DNA of 64,000 nt, taken from positions 13,692 to 77,691 of the forward strand of contig JANLSU010000047.1 of assembly GCA_031362565.1 (NCBI GenBank). The letters are read 5' to 3'. This document shows positions 39,617 through 48,737 of this stretch, in pieces. Within the stretch, counting starts at the first letter, position 1. Each line of letters starts with the position of its first letter. The stretch is from a bacterium (lineage in GTDB: Bacteria; Krumholzibacteriota; Krumholzibacteriia; G020349025). A program made the translations under genes and the position numbers. Below the pieces are notes generated by a model. The model searched no databases, had not been told where the DNA came from, and saw nothing but the letters and a program-made list of their open reading frames with translations.

Positions 39617-40702
39617 ATGTGTTTCCGGTGGCTGAGCGGTGCCCTTGCGCTGGCAATTGGAGCGTTGGCGGTGGGCGGCGCCCGGCCCGCAAGGGCGTGC
39701 TGTACCGTGTCCGCCGACGCGGCCTCGACAATCAATGGCAGTCAGTCCGTGTTGCTGATCTGGGATCCTCAGACCCAGACCGAACATTTCATCCGGCAGG
39801 CCTCGTTCAAGTCCGCGGTCGATCGCTTCGGATTTCTCGTTCCGACGCCGTCGCGGCCGGAGCTTGGAGAGGCGGACGCCGGGGTGTTCAAGCAATTGGC
39901 GACGATCACCGCGGCCGAGCGCATCAAGAAGGGGCGGACGAAAGGTGGTCGCTCGGCCAAATCCGCAGCGGTGGCGCCCTCCGTCCGTGTCGTCGAACAA
40001 CGGCTGGTCGCAGGGTACGACGCCGCGGTATTGCAAGCGTCCGGTGCCGCGGCACTCGTCGAATGGCTGCGGACGAATGGCTATGCATATTCGCCGGAGG
40101 TCGAGGCGTGGGCGAAGCCGTATGTCGACGCCGGCTGGATGATCACGGCGCTCAAGCTTGCCAAGGATACGGCGGCGCGCCCGTCCACCGATGTCGCAGC
40201 GGCCGCGCTACGGCTGACGTTCAAGACCGACCGGCTGTTGTTTCCGTATCGCGAACCGGACTCGAAACTGCTGGCAGACAAACTCAATCGCGACGGGCGT
40301 CTGCTCCGGATCTACGTCGTCGCCGATGCACGCTACGCGGGTTCGCTCGCGCCCGATCATCCCTGGACGGGGCGCGCCGTTTGGGCGGGAAAGCTCCGCA
40401 ACGCGCGCCAGACGGAATTGCTGAAGACACTGGCATTGTCCGCCGAAAACGTCCGCGGCGATTGGTTCTTGACCGAGTTCGAAGATCCATGGCCCTACGG
40501 ACTGGCGCCCGCGGATCTCTACTTTGCACGCGATGCGCTTCAGGACGAGATTCGCCGCCCGCCGGTCATCGAGTACGGCAGCATCGGTTGGCCTGAACGA
40601 ACGCTGCGCAACCGCACCGCCATCGGTGCCGGTATCGGCATTGCCATCGCGGCACTGCTGACTGCTTTCCTCCGCTCCCGGCGCGGCTACTCGAACCAGT
40701 GA
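39617..40702 (+). CDS. DUF2330 domain-containing exported protein with C-terminal TM anchor
   Basis: Signal peptide; ACC, EHFIRQASF, FGFLVPTPSRPEL and WLRTNGY motifs. Confidence 0.75.
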   Translation: MCFRWLSGALALAIGALAVGGARPARACCTVSADAASTINGSQSVLLIWDPQTQTEHFIRQASFKSAVDRFGFLVPTPSRPELGEADAGVFKQLATITAAERIKKGRTKGGRSAKSAAVAPSVRVVEQRLVAGYDAAVLQASGAAALVEWLRTNGYAYSPEVEAWAKPYVDAGWMITALKLAKDTAARPSTDVAAAALRLTFKTDRLLFPYREPDSKLLADKLNRDGRLLRIYVVADARYAGSLAPDHPWTGRAVWAGKLRNARQTELLKTLALSAENVRGDWFLTEFEDPWPYGLAPADLYFARDALQDEIRRPPVIEYGSIGWPERTLRNRTAIGAGIGIAIAALLTAFLRSRRGYSNQ

Positions 40703-41880
40703 CCGAGCGGCGCGCGGAGGAATTGCTCGATCGGGATCCCGTCCCCACCGACCAGCAGCGGGCGGGCGCTGCGATTCGCGTCGAGAAATGCTTGGAGCCC
40801 GGAGCGCCGGTCGCGAGGCCGGCCACTCTTGACCTCCAGTGCCAGCACTTTGCGCCCATGCCGCAGCACGAAATCTACTTCGCGGTTTGCATCCCGCCAG
40901 TAGTAAACCTCCATGTTCGCATCTTCGGCGTGATTGACGAGGTGGGCGCCGATCGCCGACTCCACGACGCGTCCCCAGCGGCTGGGATCCGCGTGCCACT
41001 CGGCTTCGCTCGCTCCGGAAGTCGCGGTCATGAGGGCTGTATTGCGTGCCACGAGTTTCGGACTCGAAGCGCGCTGCCGGACCGCGGACCCGCTCCAGCG
41101 CTGGAGCCCGGTCAACAATCCGGCGCCGTTCAGAAGATCGAGATAGTGTGCGAGCGTCGTCACATTGCCGGCGTCATCCAACTGTCCCAGCATCTTGTTG
41201 AGTGACAGAATTTGGCCGGAATACTCACAGCCGAGCCGGAACATTTGGCGCAGCAGTGCCGGCTTGTCGATGCGCGTCATGAGCAGGATGTCTTTTGAGA
41301 CCGCGGTCTCGATCAACGAGTCGAGCACGTACCTCGTCCAGCGGGCCGGGTCAGCGACCAGCGCCGCGGCACCCGGGTAGCCGCCAAAGTAGAGGTATTG
41401 TTCGAGATCGAAGCCGAACGCCGCACTCATTTCGGACAATGTCCAATGCGTCAAACGCATGACCTCGAAACGTCCCGCAAGACTCTCGGTGAGGCCGCGC
41501 TGCACGAGCAGCGGACTGGATCCCAAGAGGAGCACGCGGAGTGGCACCTTGCGGCGCGTGTCTTCATCCCACAGCCGTTTGACGGTGGACGACCACAGAG
41601 GCACCTTTTGGATCTCATCCAAAACCAGCAGCGCGCCTGTTGCGCCAGCGTGCTGCGCCGCCGTCCGGCCGATTTGCCACTGTGTCTCGAGCCAAGCGCG
41701 GGTTTCCAAGCCGGGATCGTCGGCGCTCGCGGCGTGCACCGGCGCTGCAAGCTGCGCAGTGACCTGCCCGGCGAGCGTGGTCTTGCCGACCTGGCGCGGC
41801 CCCAACAAGACCTGGATGAAACGGCGCGGCTCCGTCAGCCGCTGCGCCAGGGTCGCCGCTTTGGGATGCAAGTAGGGCAC
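40687..41880 (-). CDS. AAA+ ATPase (AAA_14) with DUF4143 and a PD-(D/E)xK-like C-terminus
   Basis: GPRQVGKTT, LDEIQ, ESLAGR, GGYP and EVDFV...LEVKS motifs. Confidence 0.92.
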   Translation of the reverse strand: MPYLHPKAATLAQRLTEPRRFIQVLLGPRQVGKTTLAGQVTAQLAAPVHAASADDPGLETRAWLETQWQIGRTAAQHAGATGALLVLDEIQKVPLWSSTVKRLWDEDTRRKVPLRVLLLGSSPLLVQRGLTESLAGRFEVMRLTHWTLSEMSAAFGFDLEQYLYFGGYPGAAALVADPARWTRYVLDSLIETAVSKDILLMTRIDKPALLRQMFRLGCEYSGQILSLNKMLGQLDDAGNVTTLAHYLDLLNGAGLLTGLQRWSGSAVRQRASSPKLVARNTALMTATSGASEAEWHADPSRWGRVVESAIGAHLVNHAEDANMEVYYWRDANREVDFVLRHGRKVLALEVKSGRPRDRRSGLQAFLDANRSARPLLVGGDGIPIEQFLRAPLGHWFE

Positions 41881-41898
41881 GGAGGCCTTCCTTAGACT

Positions 41899-41944
41899 TC
41901 TCAGTATACTGAGATAATTTACTCAATGCATTGAGTAAAGTCAA
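41899..41944 (-). promoter_or_regulatory. Sigma70 promoter overlapped by two perfect palindromes
   Basis: Minus-strand TTGACT-N17-TAAATT; palindromes TTTACTCAATGCATTGAGTAAA (41918-41939) and TCTCAGTATACTGAGA (41899-41914). Confidence 0.7.
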
Positions 41945-42019
41945 TGGTGGCCGCCGGGCCCGCGCCACGTGCGACTCCAGGCACGGGGACGTCGCGCTTC
42001 ACGGAGTGCCGGCGCGGGT

Positions 42020-43504
42020 TTACCTGTCGAGCGCCCCATCCGGCAGGAACTCGAGCGGGACGTTTGCGTGGGTGGCGGCGTAGCGGGTGAGTTTCTCGAG
42101 GCCGCCGCTGAAGTTGTAGGCGTCGAGTCCAAGTTGGCGCATTTGGTACGCCAAATGCGCGCTCTTAAGGCCGAGTTCACAATAGGTCACGTACGATTTC
42201 GATTTATCGAGCTTGCTCACCAGCGCCAGCGCTTGCGCGAGCTCCAAATGCAATGCACCCGGGTAGTGCCACGCCCGGTAGGCGTGCACGCTTCGCAAAT
42301 CGATGACTTCGGCGCCCGGCGGCACGACGTCGATTTCGAAATCCGGGATCGACAGATCTTCCTTGCCCAAGCGTCGCAAGTCGAGCACCCGCCGTTCCGA
42401 CAAGAGCGCGTCGACGTCGAACTGCACCTTGTTTTCGTCTTGCTCGACGGCGTAGGCGTGGGCACCGGTCGCCGGCTTCTCGGGCACGATGTCGCAGTAT
42501 TCCTTCACCGTCGCCGAAATATCGTAGGTGCCGATCTCGCGGGCTCGCGTGATGATCTCTTCCTTGTCCATGCCGACGAGCGGCCGCAGAACCGGCAGCG
42601 ACAAGCGGCCGTCCAGCGCCCGCAGGTTGCGAAGCGTTTGCGACGACACTTGTCCAAGTGCTTCACCGGTCACGATCGCCTGGGCGCGGCGTTCGTGCGC
42701 TACGGCTTCGGCGGTGCGGTACATGAGGCGCTTCAAGACGAGTTGCCAAAGTTGCGGCTGCGCCGCGGCGCGAATCTGATGCACCACGCCTTCGAACGGC
42801 ACGACATGAATGCGCGCCGTGTCGCCATACTGCCAGCGGCTGCCAATGATCTGCATGACGCGCAGCGCCCCGATCTGATGCGTCGGTCCGCCGAGCCGGC
42901 AAAAAACGTAGTCGAGGGCCACACCGCGCCGCAGAATCATCCAGGCCGCGACCGCCGAATCGAAGCCGCCGGATACGAGTGCCACGGCGCGCCCCTCGCT
43001 ACCGATGGGCAAGCCGCGCCATGCGGGCCGCGAATCGTGGAACAAGTAGGTGCGGTTGTCGCGCACTTCGACGTGGCACGTGTGCTCGGGATCCACGAGC
43101 TTGACCTTGCCGAAGGGCGCCAAGCGGGCACCGAGCGCGACTTCGATATCGCGCGAGCGATAGAGCGCGGCGCCCGACGTGCGGGCCCGGACCGCGAAGG
43201 TCTTGCCGGTCACTTGGCCACGAAAAACGGGTTCGGCGACGTCGACGAGTTCGTCGAGCGTACAAAGCGGATGTTCCTCGACCCGCGACACGGAATGCAC
43301 CCCAAAGGTGCGGCGTGCCACCTCACCGGCGCGCTCATCCTCGGCCTCGACGACAAGCCGCACCCACCCAGGCTCGACGGTCGCCTCGATCCCTTCGACC
43401 CGAAAGGCGTCGCGCATATTAGCGATCAGCATCCGCAAGAAGCGCCGCCGCGTCTTGTCGGCCTTGGTCGTCAGGTCCGGGCTCAGTCGGATCAGGAACT
43501 TCAT
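42020..43504 (-). CDS. thiI: tRNA 4-thiouridine synthase with C-terminal rhodanese domain
   Basis: THUMP domain, GLPIG, SGGFDS PP-loop, TGEALGQVSSQT, EYC and rhodanese YCELG. Confidence 0.95.
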   Translation of the reverse strand: MKFLIRLSPDLTTKADKTRRRFLRMLIANMRDAFRVEGIEATVEPGWVRLVVEAEDERAGEVARRTFGVHSVSRVEEHPLCTLDELVDVAEPVFRGQVTGKTFAVRARTSGAALYRSRDIEVALGARLAPFGKVKLVDPEHTCHVEVRDNRTYLFHDSRPAWRGLPIGSEGRAVALVSGGFDSAVAAWMILRRGVALDYVFCRLGGPTHQIGALRVMQIIGSRWQYGDTARIHVVPFEGVVHQIRAAAQPQLWQLVLKRLMYRTAEAVAHERRAQAIVTGEALGQVSSQTLRNLRALDGRLSLPVLRPLVGMDKEEIITRAREIGTYDISATVKEYCDIVPEKPATGAHAYAVEQDENKVQFDVDALLSERRVLDLRRLGKEDLSIPDFEIDVVPPGAEVIDLRSVHAYRAWHYPGALHLELAQALALVSKLDKSKSYVTYCELGLKSAHLAYQMRQLGLDAYNFSGGLEKLTRYAATHANVPLEFLPDGALDR

Positions 43505-43643
43505 GAATTCTCCCTCGCACCACATTGTAGTGCGGCACGGCCCCGAGCGGTGGATTGCCTCCACGGGGACGCCGATCCCGCCGCGGGCGGGGATCGGGCA
43601 TAATGGCCGGCGCGCCCACTTGGGTGGGGCGAGGAGGGCTCTT

Positions 43644-44435
43644 TTGGGACTGCTGTTCGCGATCCTGATCGGGGCGATCACGGCCGCGAGTGTCGTGCTG
43701 ATGCACCGCGCCGGTGCCGAGATGCCGCCGCTTCTCTCCGACGCCGCACAGGCCGTCGATGCGCAACTTTTCCTGACGCTCGTGACGATCGGCGTCGCAT
43801 TCGTGCTCGCGCAGGGCTTGCTCGCGTGGTTCGCGTGGCGCTACCGCGGCCGTGCCGGACGCACCGCGCGCTACGTCCACGGCCACAACCGTCTCGAGGT
43901 GGGCAGTTCGGTCGTGATCGGCGTCGTGTTCGTGACGCTCGCCATCATGGGCTCGCGCGTCTGGGCGCAACTGCATCTCGCGCAGCCGGCACCCGACACG
44001 CTCGTCATCGAAGTCATCGGCGAACAGTTTGCATGGAACGTCCACTACGCGGGCCCCGACGGCGTCTTTGGCCGCAGCGATCCCACGCTGTACGACCCGC
44101 AGTCCAACCCGCTCGGCCTGGTGCCGGACGATGCCGCCGGGCGGGACGACATCGTGACGCTGAACACGGTGGCCGTGCCGGTCGGCCGCCCGGTCGAATT
44201 GCGCCTCGGGTCGAAGGACGTGCTGCACAGTTTCTTCGTGCCGGCGCTCCGCATCAAACAGGACACCGTGCCGGGGTTGCGCATTCCGCTGCGTTTTCTG
44301 GCCAAGTACACCGGCAGCTTCGAAGTGCCGTGCGCGCAGTTGTGCGGCCTCGGGCACTATCGAATGAAGGGGACCTTGCGCGTTCTCGAGGCCGATGAGT
44401 TCGCCGCCTGGCTCGTCCAGCAGAAAGCAGAGTAG
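43644..44435 (+). CDS. coxB: Cytochrome c oxidase subunit II
   Basis: QFAWNVHY, DVLHSF and CAQLCGLGHYRM CuA motifs; TTG start after AGGAGG. Confidence 0.92.
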   Translation: MGLLFAILIGAITAASVVLMHRAGAEMPPLLSDAAQAVDAQLFLTLVTIGVAFVLAQGLLAWFAWRYRGRAGRTARYVHGHNRLEVGSSVVIGVVFVTLAIMGSRVWAQLHLAQPAPDTLVIEVIGEQFAWNVHYAGPDGVFGRSDPTLYDPQSNPLGLVPDDAAGRDDIVTLNTVAVPVGRPVELRLGSKDVLHSFFVPALRIKQDTVPGLRIPLRFLAKYTGSFEVPCAQLCGLGHYRMKGTLRVLEADEFAAWLVQQKAE

Positions 44436-44439
44436 CCGG

Positions 44440-46212
44440 ATGTCCGTACCGCACCCGCATTCCACGTCCCGGCCCCAGGGCTTCCTCGGGCGGTATGTGT
44501 TCAGCACCGACCACAAGGTGATCGGCGTGCAGTACTGGCTCTTGGCATTGGTGGCCGTGGTGGTCGCAATGCTCTTGTCGGTTCTGATGCGCTTGCAGCT
44601 CGCGTTTCCAACCCACACCTGGCCGCTCCTCGCCAAGATCTTCCCGACCGGCATGAGCAGTGGCGTCATGGCGCCCGAGTTCTACCTCTCGCTCGTCACC
44701 ATGCATGGCACGATGATGGTGTTCTTCGTGTTGACGACAGCTCCCATGGGCGGCTTCGGGAATTTCATGTTGCCGTTGCAAATTGGCGCCCGCGACATGG
44801 CGTTTCCGCGCCTCAACATGCTGTCGTTCTGGGTGACCTGCACGGCGTTCGTGGTGCTCATGCTGGCCTTTTTCGTGCAGGGCGGCGCCCCGCTCGGCGG
44901 CTGGACAGCGTATCCGCCGCTTTCGGCGCTCGGCTCGATCGCTGGGCCCGGTGAGGGCGCCGGAATGACGCTTTGGATCATCAGCATCGCGCTCTTCTGT
45001 GCTGGTTCGGTCTTGAGTGCACTCAATTTCCTGGCGACAACGCTCGGTATGCGTTGCAAAGGCATGTCGATGGGCCGCCTGCCGCTCACCGCCTGGGCCT
45101 GGTTCACGACCGCCGTTATCGCCTTGCTGGCCTTCCCGGTGCTGCTGGCAGGCGGCATCTTGCTGCTCCTCGACCGCAACGCCGGCACCAGCTTCTTCGT
45201 CCCCGGCGGCCTCGTAGTCGCCGGCAAGCTCATCGATCATCGCGGCGGTTCGCCGCTTCTCTGGCAACATCTGTTCTGGTATTTCGGCCATCCCGAGGTC
45301 TACATCGCCATCCTGCCGGGCATGGGAGCCACATCGCAGATCTTGTCGGTGTTCTCTCGCAAGCCGCTCTTCGGCTACCGGGCCATGGTCGGCGCGCTCG
45401 TCGCGATCGGGCTCTTGGGATTCTTCGTCTGGGGCCATCACATGTTCGTGAGCGGCATGAGCCCCTATAGCGCCATTGCCTTCAGCATCTTAACACTCAT
45501 CATCGGCGTGCCCTCGGCGCTCAAGACCGTCAACTGGCTGGGCACGATTTGGGGTGGTAACCTGCGCTTCACGACCGCCATGCTCTTTGCGCTCGGGTTC
45601 GTGTCGCTGTTCGTGAGCGGTGGCCTGACCGGCATCGCGCTCGGCCAGACCTCGCTCGATCTCTATTTGCACGACACGTTCTTTGTCGTCGGCCATTTCC
45701 ATATCATTATGGGAGTAGCGGCGGTGTTCGCGATGTTCGCGGCGACGTACTACTGGTTCCCGAAGATGTTTGGACGGCTCTTGCACGAAGGGCTCGGTAA
45801 AATTCATTTCGTGCTGACCCTGGTCGGCGTCTACGCCATCTTTGTCCCGATGCATATCCAAGGACTGATGGGGCATCCGCGCCGCTATTACGACGCGTCG
45901 AACTACACGTATCTGACGGCCGCCCAACCGTGGCATGTGGTGATCACCTGGGCGGCCGTGTTCACGGTTGCGGCCCAGGCCCTCTTCTTTGTCAATCTTG
46001 TTTGGAGCCTGCGGCGTGGGCCGCGCGCCACCGCCAATCCGTGGGAGGCGACGACTCTCGAGTGGACGACCGCATCCCCGCCGCCACACGACAATTTCAC
46101 GGCCGATCCGGTCGTGTACCATGACCCCTACGAGTATTCGCGCCCGGGTGCGCCGCGGGACTACATCATGCAGAACGATCCGCCCGGCGCGTTCGCGGAA
46201 GGAAGCTCATGA
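44440..46212 (+). CDS. coxA: Cytochrome c oxidase subunit I (A1-type)
   Basis: STDHK, TMHG, FGHPEVY, WGHHM, HDT..VVGHFH and PRRY motifs. Confidence 0.96.
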   Translation: MSVPHPHSTSRPQGFLGRYVFSTDHKVIGVQYWLLALVAVVVAMLLSVLMRLQLAFPTHTWPLLAKIFPTGMSSGVMAPEFYLSLVTMHGTMMVFFVLTTAPMGGFGNFMLPLQIGARDMAFPRLNMLSFWVTCTAFVVLMLAFFVQGGAPLGGWTAYPPLSALGSIAGPGEGAGMTLWIISIALFCAGSVLSALNFLATTLGMRCKGMSMGRLPLTAWAWFTTAVIALLAFPVLLAGGILLLLDRNAGTSFFVPGGLVVAGKLIDHRGGSPLLWQHLFWYFGHPEVYIAILPGMGATSQILSVFSRKPLFGYRAMVGALVAIGLLGFFVWGHHMFVSGMSPYSAIAFSILTLIIGVPSALKTVNWLGTIWGGNLRFTTAMLFALGFVSLFVSGGLTGIALGQTSLDLYLHDTFFVVGHFHIIMGVAAVFAMFAATYYWFPKMFGRLLHEGLGKIHFVLTLVGVYAIFVPMHIQGLMGHPRRYYDASNYTYLTAAQPWHVVITWAAVFTVAAQALFFVNLVWSLRRGPRATANPWEATTLEWTTASPPPHDNFTADPVVYHDPYEYSRPGAPRDYIMQNDPPGAFAEGSS

Positions 46213-46877
46213 GTACCGGCACGCTCGATCCGACGCTTCCCGACATCACAACCGGTGGGCCGCCACCGGCGCGGCCGCCGGGACGCGGCAACGGCGGCGA
46301 CGGTGGCGGCAGCGGCGACAATGACGGCGCGCGCCAACCCGATACGTCACCGCTCGCCATCTTCGGCATGTGGATCGCGCTAATCCCGATCCTAATGCTC
46401 TTTCTGGCCTTCGTAAGCGCCTACGTGTTGCGCCACGGGACCGGCACCGACTGGGTACAGGGTTCGGTGCCGCGCATCGTTTGGGTCAGTACCGTGCTTC
46501 TCCTGGCGAGCAGCGGTTTGCTCGAACGGGCGCGCCGGCTCGCCAAGCAGAACGGCGCATTTCGCCCGTGGGTCATCGGCACCCTGACCTTGGGCGTGGC
46601 GTTCGTCATTGGGCAGGTCTTCGCGTGGCTTTCTCTGACGGCGCAAGGCGTGTACTTGAGCACGTCGCCGTATGCATCGTTCTTCTTCCTGCTGACGATC
46701 TCGCACGCCGTCCACGTGGCCGGCGGGCTCGCGGGGCTTGTCGCGGCGGCGCTCTGGCCCGAGCGCGGTTGGCGCGGCACGCCGCCTGCCACGTCGGTCC
46801 GCGTCATTGCGATCTACTGGCACTTCTTGGGGATTCTGTGGCTTTTGCTCTTCGGACTCCTCGAAATCTGGAGATGA
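46209..46877 (+). CDS. Heme-copper oxidase subunit III-like (first copy)
   Basis: STVLLLASS, SHAVHVAGG and IYWHFL motifs. Confidence 0.88.
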   Translation: MSTGTLDPTLPDITTGGPPPARPPGRGNGGDGGGSGDNDGARQPDTSPLAIFGMWIALIPILMLFLAFVSAYVLRHGTGTDWVQGSVPRIVWVSTVLLLASSGLLERARRLAKQNGAFRPWVIGTLTLGVAFVIGQVFAWLSLTAQGVYLSTSPYASFFFLLTISHAVHVAGGLAGLVAAALWPERGWRGTPPATSVRVIAIYWHFLGILWLLLFGLLEIWR

Positions 46878-47527
46878 CGGTGCAGAAGAGCCCGGCTGCT
46901 GAACGTTCGCCGTCTCTTTGGTCGGGCGGCACGCACCCGTTCGCGGTGTCGCATGCCAAGTTCGGCATGTGGCTCTTTCTGGTCTCGGATTCGCTGACCT
47001 TTGCGGCGGCGCTCTTTGGCTATGCGTATCTGCGGAACGCGAGTCCCAACTGGCCGGCACCGTTCCGCATGACCCCGTCGATCCTCGTCGCCACCGTGAT
47101 GACGTTCTGCCTGCTGTCGAGCAGCTATACGATGGTTTTGGCGGTGCGCGCCGCACGCGCCGGTGACGCGACCCGCGCGGTGCGCGCCCTCATGGCAACG
47201 ATGGCCGGCGGCGTGGCATTCCTGCTGCTGCATTTGAACGAGTGGCGCATGCTGTGGCACGAGGGCATGACGCTGCGCCACAATCCGTGGGGCGATCCGA
47301 TGTTCGGCGGCACGTTCTTCACGCTGACCGGCATGCACATGCTGCACGTGGTGATCGGCGTCGTGGTGCTGGGGTCGATGGCCAGGCGCCTGGCCCGCGG
47401 CCGTACGACCGCCGAGGGTGTCGAGATCGCCGGGCTCTACTGGCATTTCGTCGACCTGGTGTGGATGTTCTTGTTTCCGCTCGTGTACTTGCTGTCGGTC
47501 GGCACCGGGGGAGGCGCGGCGCGATGA
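46874..47527 (+). CDS. Heme-copper oxidase subunit III-like (second copy)
   Basis: GMWLFLVSD, TGMHMLHV and GLYWHFVDLVWM motifs. Confidence 0.9.
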   Translation: MTVQKSPAAERSPSLWSGGTHPFAVSHAKFGMWLFLVSDSLTFAAALFGYAYLRNASPNWPAPFRMTPSILVATVMTFCLLSSSYTMVLAVRAARAGDATRAVRALMATMAGGVAFLLLHLNEWRMLWHEGMTLRHNPWGDPMFGGTFFTLTGMHMLHVVIGVVVLGSMARRLARGRTTAEGVEIAGLYWHFVDLVWMFLFPLVYLLSVGTGGGAAR

Positions 47528-47835
47528 ATCCGATGCTGCGCGTCTGGCTCGTGCTCTTAGCCCTGACGCTCGCCGAAGTAGCGCTCGCCGCTGCCGGTGC
47601 ACGCGGCGGGGTCATGCTGGCCATTTTGCTCGCGCTCTCGACCGTCAAGGCGTGGCTCATCGTTGCCTGGTTCATGCACCTGCGCTTCGAGCGCCGCCAC
47701 CTGGCGCTCGCGTTGCTGCCGGTGCTCATCGTCTGTATCTTGCTCCTGAACTTCATCTTTCCCGATAGTGTGCGGCTCGGTCGCATGAGTTCGGTTGGAC
47801 CCCCGGAGGCCAGTCATTCGCAGAGCACCAAATAG
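47524..47835 (+). CDS. Cytochrome c oxidase subunit IV family protein
   Basis: KAWLIVAWFMHLRFE motif; three TM helices. Confidence 0.85.
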   Translation: MNPMLRVWLVLLALTLAEVALAAAGARGGVMLAILLALSTVKAWLIVAWFMHLRFERRHLALALLPVLIVCILLLNFIFPDSVRLGRMSSVGPPEASHSQSTK

Positions 47836-48058
47836 GCAGCGCCTCGCCTGGGCGGCGGTGGCGGTCGCGCTCGTTTGCGACGGTCGCGCTACGGCATGGG
47901 CCCAGTGCGCGCTCTGCGGCCAAGGAACGTCGTACGCGGGTCGCGATGGATCGGGCGCCGCAGGTACATTCTTGGCCGCGACACTCGTCCTTCTCGTTCC
48001 GACCCTCGTCATCGTCGGTCTCATTGGACGTACGGTGTGGCAACAACGGCATCGCTGA
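47795..48058 (+). CDS. Small membrane protein with AQCxxC motif, downstream of the cox genes
   Basis: Signal-like segment, AWAQCALC, one TM helix; start uncertain. Confidence 0.55.
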   Translation: MDPRRPVIRRAPNRQRLAWAAVAVALVCDGRATAWAQCALCGQGTSYAGRDGSGAAGTFLAATLVLLVPTLVIVGLIGRTVWQQRHR

Positions 48059-48717
48059 TCAGGCGGTATCGAACGCGCGCTGCGGGCGTTCTCGCTTGCG
48101 GCCTCTTGGCGGGCTGTGGAGACGGCCCCGCCGGTCCCCGGGGGTTCGAAATCGCGGGTACGGTCGAGCTCGCAGGCATCACGACCGACAATATCGGCCA
48201 ACTGAACGGAGAACGCACCCTCACGGATGCGACGGGCGTCCTGATCGATCTCGTGCAGGGCGACAGCGTGGTGGCGTCGGTTGAGTCCGAGAGCGGGGCA
48301 TTTCGATTCGCGGGCTTGAGTTCGGGCTCCTACTTGGTTCGCACGCCGATTAACGACTTCACGTGGGTCGACCTTCCGGTCGTCGTGCAAGGCGCTTCAG
48401 TCCAACTTGCGGCGCCCTTGCGGCTCGAATCGTCGCCGGATCTACTCACTTATCCGAATGGATTCACGAGCGGGCAAGGTCTCAATATCTATTGCACGCC
48501 GGCGACCGCCGGGCCGGTGAACATCGAGGCGTGGACGCTCGGCAACCGCCGCGTTTGGCACCTGAGCTTCCCGGCGAGCTGGCCGCCGAACTCTCCCTTC
48601 CAAGTTCACTGGCTCCCGATCAGCGACTACCATTTGCCGCTCTTCCCCGGCGCGTACTGGATTCGCGCCCGCTTCGACGGCCGCGAGATCGCCAATCTGG
48701 TGTTCTTGGAAATGTAG
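48037..48717 (+). CDS. Hypothetical lipoprotein with beta-sandwich and FlgD-like C-terminal domain
   Basis: LLAGC lipobox; GAFRFAGLSSGSY and YPNGF...PGAYWIR motifs; start uncertain. Confidence 0.6.
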   Translation: MATTASLIRRYRTRAAGVLACGLLAGCGDGPAGPRGFEIAGTVELAGITTDNIGQLNGERTLTDATGVLIDLVQGDSVVASVESESGAFRFAGLSSGSYLVRTPINDFTWVDLPVVVQGASVQLAAPLRLESSPDLLTYPNGFTSGQGLNIYCTPATAGPVNIEAWTLGNRRVWHLSFPASWPPNSPFQVHWLPISDYHLPLFPGAYWIRARFDGREIANLVFLEM

Positions 48718-48737
48718 CGGACTTCGAACGGCCGCGT

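Noticed and set aside
40585..40702. DUF2330 C-terminus as a sortase substrate
   Set aside because: It has a TM helix and basic tail but no LPxTG-like motif.
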